DNA of 64,000 nucleotides. Source: Microbotryum violaceum. Its lineage: Eukaryota. The notes under the pieces are model-generated. The model was not told where the DNA came from, made no database searches, and saw only the letters and a list, made by a program, of their open reading frames with translations. Numbering within the stretch: the stretch's first letter is position 1; the number at the start of each line of letters is the position of its first letter. The DNA is taken from assembly GCA_001244265.2 (NCBI GenBank), contig LN717261.1, forward strand, positions 310,001-374,000. The letters run 5' to 3'. The translations under genes were made by a program, and so were the position numbers. Positions 24,873 to 37,632 of this stretch are shown here, in pieces.

Positions 24873-27800
24873 TTACAGAGACACTAGGCGACCCTTGGAC
24901 TCCTGGATAGAGGCTCGAAGCCCCTCGAACTCTGTTTCGGTGATCGGTTCCAAAAGATCCGACGAGAATCGACGACGGCGACAGAGCTTCCAGATTGAGT
25001 GAAAGAAGAGGACTCGTAGTTCGACAAGTCGACGTTCCGAGCGAGACACGACCGGGCATACAAAGTCCACAAAGACTGGGTGGGGGGTCGGGGACAGAGC
25101 AGACCAGAGGCGCCGGGCAAATGTGCAGCCAACCGCGACGTGAACCAGGCACTCGGGTGCTTCCGAGAGGCACATCACACAGGAGGTAGATCGATTGTTG
25201 GGATGTGGGCTGGTTGGGGAGGCGACTTGGCTTCCCGGATGGAGGGAGCCCAGGGAGAGAAGGTGGCCGGTATCCTCGGCGTCCGAGTGAACCCGGCGAA
25301 CCTTGCGCAAAGCCTTCCACCAAGCGTTCCAGCGTTGCTCAGGCAGATCGAATACCTTCTGGTGTCCCTTGGGGAAGATAGGGGGGAAGATGAAGACTTG
25401 GTGGCGTTGGAACGCGTTCACAAACGAAGACGGGGTCATCACCTCGCCATCGGGCCCTCGAAAAAGCGTCGGGTTTACCGAGAGTTGTATTCCGTGACCC
25501 GCTGGGAAATAGAGTACGTGCGTCGCCCATTGCTCGAGGTTCTGGCTCTTGGAGAGTTCCGGGGGATTAAGCGTGGTCACCAACGCCCAGGCTTCGAAGT
25601 ATCGGACCCAACGAGCAGGAAGAAGTTTTGTCGTTTTTCTCACCGCATGGTCCCACTTTGGGGGAGGATGGCAAAAGTATGCCCACCAGATCCAAATCCA
25701 AGGGCAACGATGCTGGTTGGGGGCCGGTCTGGACAAGGTGAAAGGGGTTGGTTCGTTTGGTGCCTGGAGGCGGATGCGGATGTCGAGGAGGTGGCGTGTG
25801 AAGCAGCCGTCCGGGGCCCGGAGCTGGAAGACCCACTTCGCGTGATCGATTGCTAGACGCCGAGGCAGATCAATCAAACCGAAGCCGCCGTGATCAAGAG
25901 GGGTGCAGAGGCGCGACCGGGAGACCTTCGGACGTCGCTGAGTACCGTCCGAAGCTCGACCGTGAATGGCGAGCATGGCGGCCTCCTCGATCTCCTTGAC
26001 AACGCTCTTGGGGGCGGGAAGAAATCGGCTGTAGTACAAGATCTTTGTGTAGCAGTAAATGTTGATGATCGAACACTTGGCTGCATATGGGAGATCGTAC
26101 ATCGGAATCGAGCGTATCCGAGCGATGGTCGAGGCCTTGACATCTTCCCAGCCCGCATCCTCGGCGATCTCCACCCCGACCTGAATACCAAGGTAGCGAA
26201 ACTGCGAATCGCTGAGACGCCAGGTCCCGAGATCTGGGGCGATCGACCGATCCCGAAAAGCTCCAAGGGGGTAGAGGAAAGATTTGACGATGCTGAGCTT
26301 GCTGGCACTTGCCCGTTCGTAAAGCTCGATCGCCTGATTGAGGTGGTCGAGGTCCGAGAGGTTGTGGAGTGCGCAGCAAGCGTCGTCGGCAAAAAGGAGT
26401 TCGCGAACGTTTTGGAGGCCCGCAATATCGATGCCCTTGACTCTCAATCGAATCTAACAGGCAAAACCTTCGATCGCCAGGACGAAGAGAGACGGAGCCA
26501 AAGGATCACCTTGCCGAACGCCCGACAGGATGTCGAAAGTGGCAGAGAGCCAACCGTTGAGGAAGATCGAGGCAGATTGGTTGGTGTAGGTCGCTCGGTA
26601 CCATTGGCGGGCTTTGGGGCCGAGGCCAACGGCGCAGAGGACTGCATCAAGGTACGGGTGGGAAAGACGACCGTAAGCCTTTTCAAAGTCCATCACCGCT
26701 AGCATGCCAGACACGGGTGTTGAGCCCGGAAGTCCAGGGTCCATGAGACATTGGACCTCAGCGATGTTCGTGCCGATCCAACGGTTCGGAACAAAGCCAC
26801 GTTGGGTTGGGCCGATCAGGGACTCGAGCAAGGGAGCGAGGCGCTGGTTGTGGGCTTGCGAGATGATGCGCTCGTCCGCATTGATGAGCGATATGGGGCG
26901 TTTGTTCGAGAGCTGATCCCTCTCGCCGCGTTTGTGGATGAGATGGATGTGGGCGGTGTTGCGGGGAAGAGGTCCAGGCTGACGGGCCTCGGTGGGGATC
27001 GAGTTGATGACGTTTCGAAGAATCGGACCAGTGGCCGGCCACGTAGCGCGATAGAACTCAACCGGGAGGCCGTCAGGCCCTGGCGAAGAGTTCGACTTAC
27101 ACGCCGCTTGAGCCTTTGTCATCTCCTCCAACGGGTACGCTTCCTCGAGCTTGAGTGAGTCCGCGGGGAGAGGCGAGTTGAAGCGAGGCCGTCGATGATC
27201 GCCTTCAGGGCCGCGTCATCGATGGGGCGGTCCTCATAGACCCGCTCGAAGTAGTCGCTGGCCGCTCCAAGCATCGAATCAGGGTCGGAATGAACAACAT
27301 CGTTGACCGTGAGCGAAGGGATCAGGTCGGATGCTCGCACTTTGCGCAGGCGGATGAAGATGGAAGAGGGACCCGCCAGAGATGGGTCGAGGCGGGACCG
27401 CAGGGCCGCGCCGTAGCGCGAGTGGTCAGCCCTCTCTTGCTCCGACCCGCCACGACGGAACCGAGCGAAAGTCCGGGCCAGAGCCTGCAGCTCGGGCAGC
27501 AGGCGGTGTTTGGTGGACGTCCAAGCTGCTGGTGGATCGTTGGGCGTCTGGAGGAGGGCTTTGTTGTAAAGGGTGCGGACAATGGAGGTGAGGTACTTGC
27601 AGGTCGCGTCGCCCTCGATCACGTGCAAACCTAGCTTGAATTTGCCCGGACCGATGTCGATTGCGCCCGGCACTTGGAACCGTGCCACAACCATTGAGTG
27701 CGTCGATTTGAGGACAGGAGCCCAAATTTTGTGATCATGGAAGAGGTCGACCCAATCAGGCGAGACATAGATGCGGTCAAGGCGACGGCACGTGCCGAGC

Positions 27801-28443
27801 GCTGAGCGATTCGTCGTGGCTCGTCCTTTGGGATGATGGAGCCGATAGGCGTCGAAAAGATTGTTGGCCGTGGCAAGGTCGCGCATCTCCTGACCCCCAT
27901 AATTCGTTCCGTTTTGGTTCTCCGAATCGAGGGGCTGGGACTCAACACAATTCCAGTCCCCCCCTACTAGGAGCGCAGGCGGCGAGGGTTCGTCACGTAC
28001 AACTTGTCGGAGGGCGGTGCTGAGGTGTGAGAGGAAGCGTTTTTTGTCTGGCTTGTCGGAGGAAGGCGCGTATATTGATACAACCCGGACTTTTGAATCA
28101 CCCACACAAAAGGTGGCGTCGGTGACTCGGTCCGGGAAAGAGAAAGAGGCACGAAGGGTGTTTGGAGGCGACTCGGGATCAAAAGTAATGACCACGGAGT
28201 CGCTCTTCCAAAGTATGGCAGTGTTGTTGAAAGAAAGAGAGCGGAGAGCTTTAAGTCTTGACACTCCTGAGTCCACTGGGCCACCCTTTCGGGGGAAGGT
28301 CGGCCAGTTTTGCTCAGGAGAAAGACGTCGGCGTTATGGGAGTGGAGATTGGAGAAAAGAGAGGCACACTTACGGTCTTCATTGATTGACTGCACGTTGG
28401 CAGCAACAAAAGATACGTTTGGAATTTTAGTTGTGCTCATCAT
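24873..28443 (-). pseudogene. LINE ORF2: AP endonuclease, reverse transcriptase, C-terminal Cys/His finger
   Basis: AANVQSIN, SIYAP, GGDWNCV, RRLDRIY, SPGPDGLP, RPISLIN, DFEKAY, GVRQGDPLAPSLF, LFADD, YLGI, GGFGL, CVMC..H..C. Frameshifts near 28260 and 27130; stop at 26454. Confidence 0.92.
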
Positions 28444-29650
28444 CTTGGTCCATAGCGTCTTCCACGCCCTTAGGAGGTGCTTCTTGGTCTTCGGCTTCTT
28501 CGTCGGCCTCGTCGTCGGTGTCGGCGTCATCGGGTCGGGCTTTGGGCGCGGCTGAGGGCAAAGGCGTGGGCGAAGACGGCTCGGGGATCGGCTCGGAGGC
28601 AGGGCTGGGGGGCAGGAGGAGTGGCAGTTTTGCAAGGGAAATTGAAGGAGAACTCGGGGCGGGCATTCTTCCACAGAGAATCGGGCTGAGCTCTGTTGGA
28701 CAGGTCTTCAGTCTGGGCAGCCAGATCCTGTTCCACTCGACGTTTTTTGGTCGTGCGGTCGTGGGCGGAGGCCGGGGAGATCGACTTGGACACGGCGGCG
28801 GGGGCGGCGGTGGTAACGGTGGAGGCTTGCGGGGCATGTGACGTGGGGGGTCCCTGGGGGCTCGACGCATGACGGGCCGCGCAGTGCTGGGTGGCGTGCG
28901 AGCCGGGGCGACGGGGCAATCCTTACGGACGTGAGCCGCGGAACGGCAGAAGACGCAGTGGCGCATGCCACCGGTGATCCTCAGTGGGATTCACTCAGTG
29001 ACACCGTCACGAGCAATAGAAAGTGAGGCAGGGGGCAAAACATCTACATCCTTAAGGGCAAGGATAAAGTCGTACACCCCAGAGATGTGTTTCGTCTTTC
29101 CAATGTATTGGATGCGACGACGGAGGACCGTGCCGTAGGCAGCGATCTGCTCATCGAATAGGCAGAGGCCCTCGGGGTCGGAGAAAAAGCCCGTAAGGGT
29201 GCATTGTACAACACCTCCTCTAGTAGAGCTGTACAGCTTCTCGACTTTGCACAGAGTCTTGCCAACAGTGAGGCCGTTGGCCACCAGGGTGTCGAGATCG
29301 GCGGCCTTGGGAAAGCGGAGGCCGCGCTGACCCTTGATGACGCATGGCATTGCGCCGGTAAGGCCAGGGTAGTATTTGTCAAGCGCGAGGAGGACTTGCT
29401 CGACCGAGGTTGAGGGTGGGGTGTTGATGATGACACAATTCTCGATGTTGTGCATCAGTGGATGGGCGGCGACGGCAGTCGAGGCGTTGGCGGTGGCGTT
29501 TCCGTGCTTCGCAGCGGAGCGGGCGCCGACCGCGGCGGAGTATGATTTGGTGGTGGTGGCGGGGGCTTGGCCGGGGGGATCGGGAGGGTCAGGGCGAAGA
29601 GGTGGTATAGCAGCATGGCTGGCGTTGTTGGTGTTGTTGTTGTTGTCCAT
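28427..29650 (-). pseudogene. LINE ORF1 (gag-like, CCHC zinc knuckle)
   Basis: One frame broken by a single TGA at 28991; CVFCRSAAHVRKDC knuckle; acidic tail overlapping the ORF2 start. Confidence 0.85.
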
Positions 29651-29830
29651 CCAATAGGAGTTTCCTTTTTCAAGTCGGCGACGACCTAAAAAAGGTGAGA
29701 CTCCTTTCGGTGGAATGGGAAAGATTCAATTCGACGCGAAGTCAAATTAGGTTGTGGATGTAAAGTTTGCAACTAGCAAATGACCTAAGCTCGGTTATAA
29801 ATCTCACTGCTATAGGTGCTTGCCCGAGCA

Positions 29831-30062
29831 ATCCTTACACATGTCGACACATGTAAGGATACGAGGGTGCGGTAAGGATACGGGAGGTGCGGTAAGGACA
29901 CAGAAATTTTGAATCACTACAAGTCTTGCAATACACATGCTATCATGTAGTCCTTGCAGAGACCATTCAGAAATAGTTATATGTTGATGTTACAATATCA
30001 AGATGAACAGATTTGGTTGTGTATTGACCTTAACTCATGTGTAAGGATATATCCTTACATGT
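29831..30062 (-). repeat. Outer part of right MULE TIR
   Basis: Reverse complement of 17405-17626 with one extra 20-bp subrepeat. Confidence 0.92.
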
Positions 30063-31185
30063 ATACAAGCCGTTTTGCGCGCCCGCAACTCGTCTAGCCT
30101 CGTTCATGCGCGACACACGCGAGCTCACGCGCGACACTCGCGCGGACTCACGCGGCCGCCTTCTTCCGCACACACACGTCGCCCCCACGTCAACCTTGTC
30201 CAGTCATTCCCCGCTTTCATAACGACTCTGTTTCACTCAAGAGTCAAAAGCTTTCAATTGCCATCATGAGAAAGTTAGATGGCATCATTTTGACTTGGGA
30301 GAGGGAGTTGGCCGCCAAGGGTGCAGGTACGTTGCAAGCTGGGAGCTCTTTGTCGAGTCTTTGAGCCCTCCTGATTCGGGCTGGATCAGGTGCAGAGGTT
30401 CTTCTAATGCTGATATTTGATACATTTGCTTCTGAGTTTTGGGAACAGCGACCTTCACGCTGCACCAGCACCGCTCGCTACGTCACCTCAACGGAACGTC
30501 GTCGCTGGACGGAGCATATACGATTTGGACATGCTCGATGTATAATCAAGTTCTCAAGTTGTACGACAAAGCAGGACAGGATGCAATTCAGGACACGTTG
30601 CCCTCCAAAACAGGTTGATCCGTCTGATTGATGGAACCGCGGACCTCTCGTCATGGGTCAATCGAGCCTAGCACCTTCAAGCTCAGGAGGCAGAACCACA
30701 CCTCAAGAATCGCTCTCTCGCCTTTGCGGAAGGACAGAGGCGGAAGGAAGGTACTGTCACCCCTCTCGCTACAAAGCTCCCTTCTTCACGACACACTCAG
30801 TCGCCGCGCACGCCCCTCAAGTCAGCCATGAGCAACGCCAACAACCCGCATCCGGAGGCATTGCCTTCTTCCGCAGAAGCAACTATCTCACCCTCTAACC
30901 GCCCGCATCCAAACCTCATTTGTGAGTCAAAGCATTCAGAGTAGCTGGGCGTCCCCAGCGCCGGCCGACTGTCTAGCTTGCGTGCTCACCTTGCGTTCTT
31001 CAGTCCGTGGCAGCGGCGCTGAGTTTTTCAACCCTCCGCCAGCTCTTGCCGCCCACGCCCCACTTCCCCACCCCATTCATCAGTTCTTTATGCAGACGCC
31101 CGCTCCGTAACCCACCCCGAACTTTTATCCTCCTGCTCACGCATCACTCGGATATTCCCACCCTGGACCCAATTACATCCCGCAT

Positions 31186-34100
31186 TTGCCTCCTCCACAT
31201 CAACCCTATGCCCCCCCTCAGCCGTACCATCCCATGATGCATCATCAATACGACCTATCTCCTCTCCAGTCATTTACGTCCCACCGACATCCGCCACTCC
31301 CCTCAGCAAATATTATGAATCAGCCTCCGTTTGTGCCGCACCCGATCGCCCAATATCCCGTGCCCAACCCGCACATCCCCTCCCAACTCGACTTGATGGG
31401 TCCGGATTCCCAACTGGCCAACCACCACGCGACCGCCCTTGCCCTTGCTACTGTTCCTCCATCAGCTTCCTCGACTGCATCCCCTTTACTACCGCGTCCA
31501 GCCGTTCCCACTCAGTCTCAGCATGCGGCCACACCCGTCACTACCGAGTACGCCTCGACTTCGCCGTCTTCGCAGGCTTTCCCAAGGCCACTCCCTATCC
31601 CAGTACTTCAATCATCTGAGCATTCATCGCAAGCAGCACCGCATCTTCAATCGCGACCCCAATTGGCTGAATCTACTCCGTGGCGAAACTCTGTTGTTCC
31701 CGCTGACAATCCGAATCCGAGGCCGAATCACGCGCCTCAGAACCCCCAGCCCTTCTTCGATGATATACTTGATCGCGTGACTCGGCCGATACTTGGACGT
31801 ACCTCCGGCTCCACTAGCGCCAATTGACGCCCGAGGGTTGCCGCATCGTCGCGCCTTTCCAATCGAATCAATCCAATTGCCCCAGTTGATACAATGCGAC
31901 GGTTGCACGACGATTTCACCGCGCAGTGCAGGGGCAGGCCGTCTCAAGAACAAGCCAATCTGCTCCTGACTGATGCGCGCTTCAAAGGCCTTTTGTTCCA
32001 CGGACGGGTTTCCCAACTGTCTGACCCTCAGGCAAAGCCTTCGGGCAGGAGTGGTTGCGATGTTACACCCCTATTCCTAGCCAATGTGAGTGCGCCGCTA
32101 TGACATACTTCTTTGATGCTTAAAACTAGTTCCCTGATGTCTTATTAAGCCAACAGTCCGATGAAGACAACGACGGCAACAGAGCGAGCCCGGTTCTTTT
32201 TCCTAGGTCTGGGTTTGACACAATCGTCAACATGGAGTGCGCATCCAAGGCCCCGGTCAGAATTCCGAAGCATTGGACCACCGATCGTGAGGCAATGACT
32301 GCCGTTGCCGTAATTATTGAGTCTTTGCCAGCGTTGGCTGTGAGTCATTTGCTACGCCTTTATGGAAAACATCCATAATCCTTTTGTTGTAGTACTGACA
32401 TCCTTGTACTTTTGAACAGTTTCATCTTGACCGAGCGGCGTTCAATTTGGAAAGGGATTGCACGCATTTGCAGGACTACTTCATCGTTGCCAGGGCTTCG
32501 TCCGAGCGGATCGAGGGGAAGTCGTGCTTCGTCTCTAGAGACAACGCGAATCTTAAGCCTCTTTCTCTTTTCCCACACAAGAGCTCGGCAGAAGCCTCGG
32601 AGCTGGCCACCATCCTGTCTCACAGGCCAATCACCTTTGGGGAGCCAAACTCTAAGCGTCGTGTCTTGGCGTTGTGTGAGCCACGTCATTCAGGACTGGA
32701 CTACATCATGGTAGCAAGAGCCACTAAACTGATTCAGCTTTTCTTTCATCCTTCTTGCCAGACCCGACGGCACAGCAGCACACGTTTGGAATAGGTTTTC
32801 CCTTCAGTGCACTCAATATGGTGGTATGTCACGCTACAACCGCAGTAATTTATAGTACCAGTCCACTGCAGACACTAATGGGATGTTCCTTTCTCTGTCA
32901 CAGCCCGGCGACTGCTATGCTCCAGACGGCGGCAACGGCGACAACGGCAACAATGGCATCAACGGCGACAACGGCAACAACGGCGACAACGACGATGACA
33001 ATCCGATGTGTGCATCTTTGTTGCATCCTCCTTCCACCAACACCTCAAATGATCGTGATCGGGAGCCCACAGCTCTTTCATCAGACCGAGACCTAGCCCA
33101 AGGTGTCACCAACCACTCTCGTGCTGGGAATTCAGCGGACCCTATCGCGCAAGCAAGCACTGATTTTGACCTTGAAGCCGACATGGATGATCTGTTGCCT
33201 CCATTTGGTTCTACTGGCCGGGGAGAAATACAAGAGGATCACACCCAATCAAGGACTCGCCGCCGAGCTCAGAGCCATGACTCGCCTTCCATAAGGTCGA
33301 GCCACTCTCGAGAGATGGAGGACACCGACAGTTCCGAGGATGACCAGTATTCGTATCCTCGTCGCCAACGCCCGCGCCATCGGAGTCCAAGTCTCATGCG
33401 CTAAACTTCCCCTTCCGGAGACCGTCAAGCAGGTAGTCGTGTGATCGCCGCGTCGGAGAGTGTTACCACAATCACGCACTTAGGCAATGCTTCTTCTGTT
33501 CGTCAACTCGAGGCTTGTGATCCGTATGTAAGCCATCTAGGCTGACATGTGAATGCGACTACTTTCCACAGTTGCCTGCGATGCCTCCTCTGCGCGACGG
33601 CGGTTATAGCGACCGTGACTGGGTGGCTCTTTCAGATTGTCTGCGAGCCAATGTGAAACGCACCCGCCGGGAATCTGAACCCCACATCTCAACACTCTCA
33701 CACTGCTTTCATTACACCTCTCCAACACAAGAATTCAACTCGCAGCATCTCTTCAATCAGTTCAGGAAATGGCTCTCGAAAATCTCGACCGTGGACATCG
33801 TCTCGAAGCAATCCCGATTCACCGTAGCGTGGGAGTGAGTGCTCGCATCATGTCTGCATACCGCTCAGCTCTGTGACACCTAACTCACTGAAATATTCTT
33901 TCAGTCTCCCTGGCATCCAGATCGATGAAGACTTGAGCATGACCTGTGGTTTCGCACCTTTGTTGCACCTTATCAATGGAACCCTCAGCCATCTTCACAT
34001 CTTCCGACAACGTCTTCAACCCCTCACTCGTTGGGTCCACGGCGCGGAAGGATGGAAAAGAGGGTAGCACATTGCTCTACATTTTTAATGACGACCTGCC

Positions 34101-35511
34101 GGCCGAAATTTGGAATCAAGAATGCGTTGAGGAGCGGATGCAAGAGGTACTCCGACTCCTTGCCCTGGCCTTGGTTCACCTCGAGACGTGGCCCGATCAC
34201 ATCCACCCGCACATGATTTTGTGAGTGTGCAACATCATCAAGTGTGTCCCTTTTCAACAACGAATTGACCGCCCACACTGGCGCCTTTTTACTCGCTCTG
34301 TTGCAGGTTCCTTCTTGATGCCGCAGCTCAGAGCGCCAAAAGCTCAGAGGACTCATTCAAAATTGATGACCTGGTCGAGTGGGTCTGTCCCAACCTTCTG
34401 GCCCGGGTCTGCCGCATTTTGCGCACCAGTCCCACATTGGTCAAAGACATGGATGAATACACGCGAATTCAAGTTCTTGGACTCTACGGCAGGGCCAAGT
34501 TCACAAATATGGTGCGTCTCAGACTCGGCTGGTGTTGACTGCGTCGTGTCTTTCTTCAATCTTGCTAACACCACTCCATGGACTCTATGCGCTTCCAGGG
34601 TGAGAGCGAAGTGTCGGAGAAAGACTGGACTCTCTTAGAAGAGTCTCGAGCAAATCGGTCACTTCTTGGGGATTTGTATCGGAATCGAGTTCTGGGCAAG
34701 ACCGCAAAAACCCTAGCCCAGCGAACCGACATTTACTTCAGACTTTCGCGTTGTACACGAACTGTGACGGACGTCCTGTTGGTATGTGCTAATCCATGGT
34801 CATCTATAGATCCCAGGCGGTTTTGGTTCTAACATGCTTATGTATCACATTGCAGGGCCTACATTCAATGGCAGAGTCGCAGGATCTAACCCATTACGCA
34901 ATGCTGTGCAATATGCGCGCCTGGCCGCCGTCAGCCGATCGTTCTTTCAAGTTCACGAAGGAGACTTACCAAGTTGAATGGTGCGGGGCTTCTCAAGCCG
35001 ATATTGCTGGACCAAGTAGTCGACCCTACAATGCACTTCCCGCAAGAATCCGAGGAATGGGTGAGGCGGTTCTACTCAAGGCGCTCGAGTCGATGTCAAG
35101 CGAGGAGGCAGTTGGCTTCTGCAAGATTGCCCACCCAACGCACGGATTTCCAGTTGCTGATCAGAATGATAACGTCAAGGTGAGTGTCCAGTGGCTGTCT
35201 TCCTAACCCTGCTGGTCACGGGAAACATCCTGACCCACAACAGATGACTCACTCCACTCGCTGCTCTGCTCGGACTGCAGTTTGTCGTGCACTGGGAGAA
35301 GTGTGGCTGCAATGGGCTTGCCTCCCGCTCGGTAGTGCCATTGGGGCACATCTTACTTCAGGCGTGCCTGGGACAAGTGCATTTGAGTCTGAGAACTTTG
35401 GGTGACCTGCTAAATACCACACCACAGGAATTCAGACCAGCTTTGGCGGCGGACGTCAAACTAGCTCTTGTTGCCTCCGCCGGAGTGGATGTGACATTCA
35501 ATGCCGGATGA
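31186..35511 (+). pseudogene. Multi-exon cargo gene, Pro-rich N-terminus and degenerate HECT-like C-terminus
   Basis: Exon fragments with GT-AG boundaries; LLALALVHLETWPDHIHP (N-lobe-like), ILLQACLGQVHL (Cys 35365-35367), terminal TFNAG* with Phe at -4. Exon model uncertain. Confidence 0.4.
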
Positions 35512-35530
35512 TGACGTGCAATTTCAACCA

Positions 35531-37253
35531 TCACTCAAGCAGTTGCTCCATAGCACGCACACTCTCCAACCATCTGTCAACCGCTGAAGCATGCCATCGC
35601 TCCGTCATCCGCCGCTGGAGCGCTTCAAGACCTTCGGGATTATTGAGAAATGGCGAGCGTTGACTGTGCAAGTCAACATGACTTCTCACTTCCTCTCCAA
35701 ACATGTTGTTGTTTGCGTTGCCTGCTTGTTCCGTCGACTCCGGAATGTGCAGGTTCTCGTCATAGATACCTCGGCCTCCGTTTTGAATGCTGCCGGACCA
35801 GAAGAGTTGGTTTGGTGTGGATCGCTGCTCTGTGCGAAGCTTGTGGTTGTTCCAAACATCTTGACACCATGCCAGGTCCTTGTTGATATCATCGAGAAAT
35901 AGGAACTCCAAGAGCCACACATGTCGGGAGAGCTCGATGTTGAGGCCATGCTCGTCTTCCAGATGACGAAAGCGGTGTAGCCACGCATTGAGAACGGATT
36001 TCTTCAGGTCACGCCAGAACCTTTCAATTCGTTGGTTGTGTGGGGACCTGAAGATTGTGGGGCCGCAACATGACTATGATCAGCGTTGGAGACAGCAACC
36101 TGGGGCCTAGGACGGGTCATGGTGCGGTGACTTACGTTCCCCAAAGGTAAGATCCGCGCCCAAGACCGCGAACGGCTTCCATCATTGCAGCCACTTGAAC
36201 GTTCTCTCCCCCGCTATCTCCTCTGACTCGAGACGGAACTGGGTAGAGTGCAATAGCGTCTTGGAAGACGCTCAGTACCGTGCTTGCCCGATTATTCGAA
36301 GATGCTCTGACCCCAGCAAGGACGCGGGAGTACCCGTCAATGAATCCATGTATGACAATGCCAAACGAGATGAGCGCATGTTGGCCATCGTGATGCCACA
36401 GCGCGTTCGGCCCCGCCACATTGTACCTGCGCCTCATCACCGGGTGATTCGCATGTACGTGACGGCGAAGCGGACGCGTGCGCTGGATCGACGCTCGAAG
36501 TGCTTCTCGGGGAACGTCGATACCCCGAGCCCGGAGTGCACCTCCCACTAGTATTTCGCCCAAGCTTGTTTCGTGATCGAGTATCTCCATCACGAGACGA
36601 TCGAGTTCGGCATCGGGGAGGAGGGTCCGGACCCTCGTGCGCTCGAAGGGTTGTCGCACTTGTTGATCAACGATGGCCTTTCGTATGGTCCGTCGAGAGA
36701 CCCCAAACAGCTTCGCAATTTGTGTGGTACCAGGATTTTGCTCATGAGCAGCTTGTCATAAGAGTCCCGGGTCTACTTCAAGTTGCGGTCGGCCCCGTGC
36801 CCCACTTCGCACAGACGTGACGAAGCTGCTAAATCCTACCAGCATTCGCGCGGCCAGCCCCTGCCGGCGACTTTCCTAATCAGACCGGCGTGAACGTGGC
36901 TGAGACAGTCGTGTCGGTGGCCGCGCTGATTTGCGCTGAAAGAGATGACAGTAAAGAGTCGAAATGCTCAAGGCCAGTCGTCTCTTCTTGAGGATCGAGA
37001 GCACCCACTTGGATCGCTTGTTGGAACTGCGCTCGGTTTGACGCGAGGCGCTCGTGGCACTCGAGGAGGCGATGACGATCACCATCACAGTTCGCAAGGG
37101 CGTACAGGGCTTTCTGCACGTTTGCTGACCAGGTTGACGCAAGTGAATGCAAGTCGATGGCCGTTCCGCGCTCTTCCATGGGTTAGCATCCATCGGATCA
37201 GATGCGGTGTCAGCTGTCAGGTGTTTACGAGGGAGGTCTGCGTCCACATCCAA
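35531..37253 (-). pseudogene. IS3EU-type DDE transposase/integrase
   Basis: HTH TQIAKLFGVSRRTIRR; RRRYNVAGPNALWHHDGQH, IHGFIDGYSR, PSRVRGDSGGEN, (intron) SPHNQRIERFWRD, WNNHKLRT. 5' part has stops and frameshifts. Confidence 0.85.
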
Positions 37254-37316
37254 GCCCGAGCTCGAAGTTGCTCCAGCTTGGCAGTAGCTTATGTAAGCTC
37301 AGATACTACTGGTTAA

Positions 37317-37595
37317 TGTGAGATTGACAACCTCCTGTGTTTCCTTCTCGCATCATGTCTCCTTTTCTCGGTCTCGTTTTACTTCCTTTGACCTGCCTTT
37401 CACACCTTAGCTCTCTTCCTTTCTGGGCTGGGTCCGTGCGCCTGACACAGGTGGCTGGCCCAGCTGCGCGCTCACCTGAGCCAACTGGCTCCGCGCTTCT
37501 CTTTCTCCTGCTCAAGCAACTTCTTGGTCTGGTCTCCTTGGTCCGTCGATCAGAGCCTTACCACCGCTTGAGCAGGTGTTCGTCGCAACTCCATA
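37317..37595 (+). repeat. Copia-1 5' LTR (TG...TA)
   Basis: Direct repeat of 42100-42376; differences seen are a 2-bp indel and one G/A. Confidence 0.97.
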
Positions 37596-37607
37596 GGTTA
37601 TGAGCCC
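37596..37607 (+). other. Primer-binding site GGTTATGAGCCC (internal tRNA-iMet, half-tRNA type)
   Basis: Directly after the 5' LTR; same type as the Ty5 and Drosophila copia PBS. Confidence 0.85.
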
Positions 37608-37632
37608 AACGAGCTACCAGGGCGGCCACCCC

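Larger units (their letters stand above)
24699..29830 (-). mobile_element. Full-length L1-clade-like non-LTR retrotransposon (LINE)
   Basis: ORF1 plus APE-RT ORF2, (TAAAAA)n tail at 24699-24716, 6-bp TSD ATCCTT (24693-24698 / 29831-29836). Confidence 0.92.
17405..30062 (-). mobile_element. Mutator-like (MULE) transposon with ~250-bp TIRs, GCM-type DNA-binding domain and USP-like domain; right TIR split by a LINE
   Basis: 17405-17652 is near-identical to the reverse complement of 29831-30062 joined to 24667-24698. MULE transposase motifs inside; no TSD found. Confidence 0.85.

Noticed and set aside
32928-33001. GGCAAC/GACAAC repeat tract
   Set aside because: Simple low-complexity Gly/Asn/Asp coding repeat within the cargo gene.
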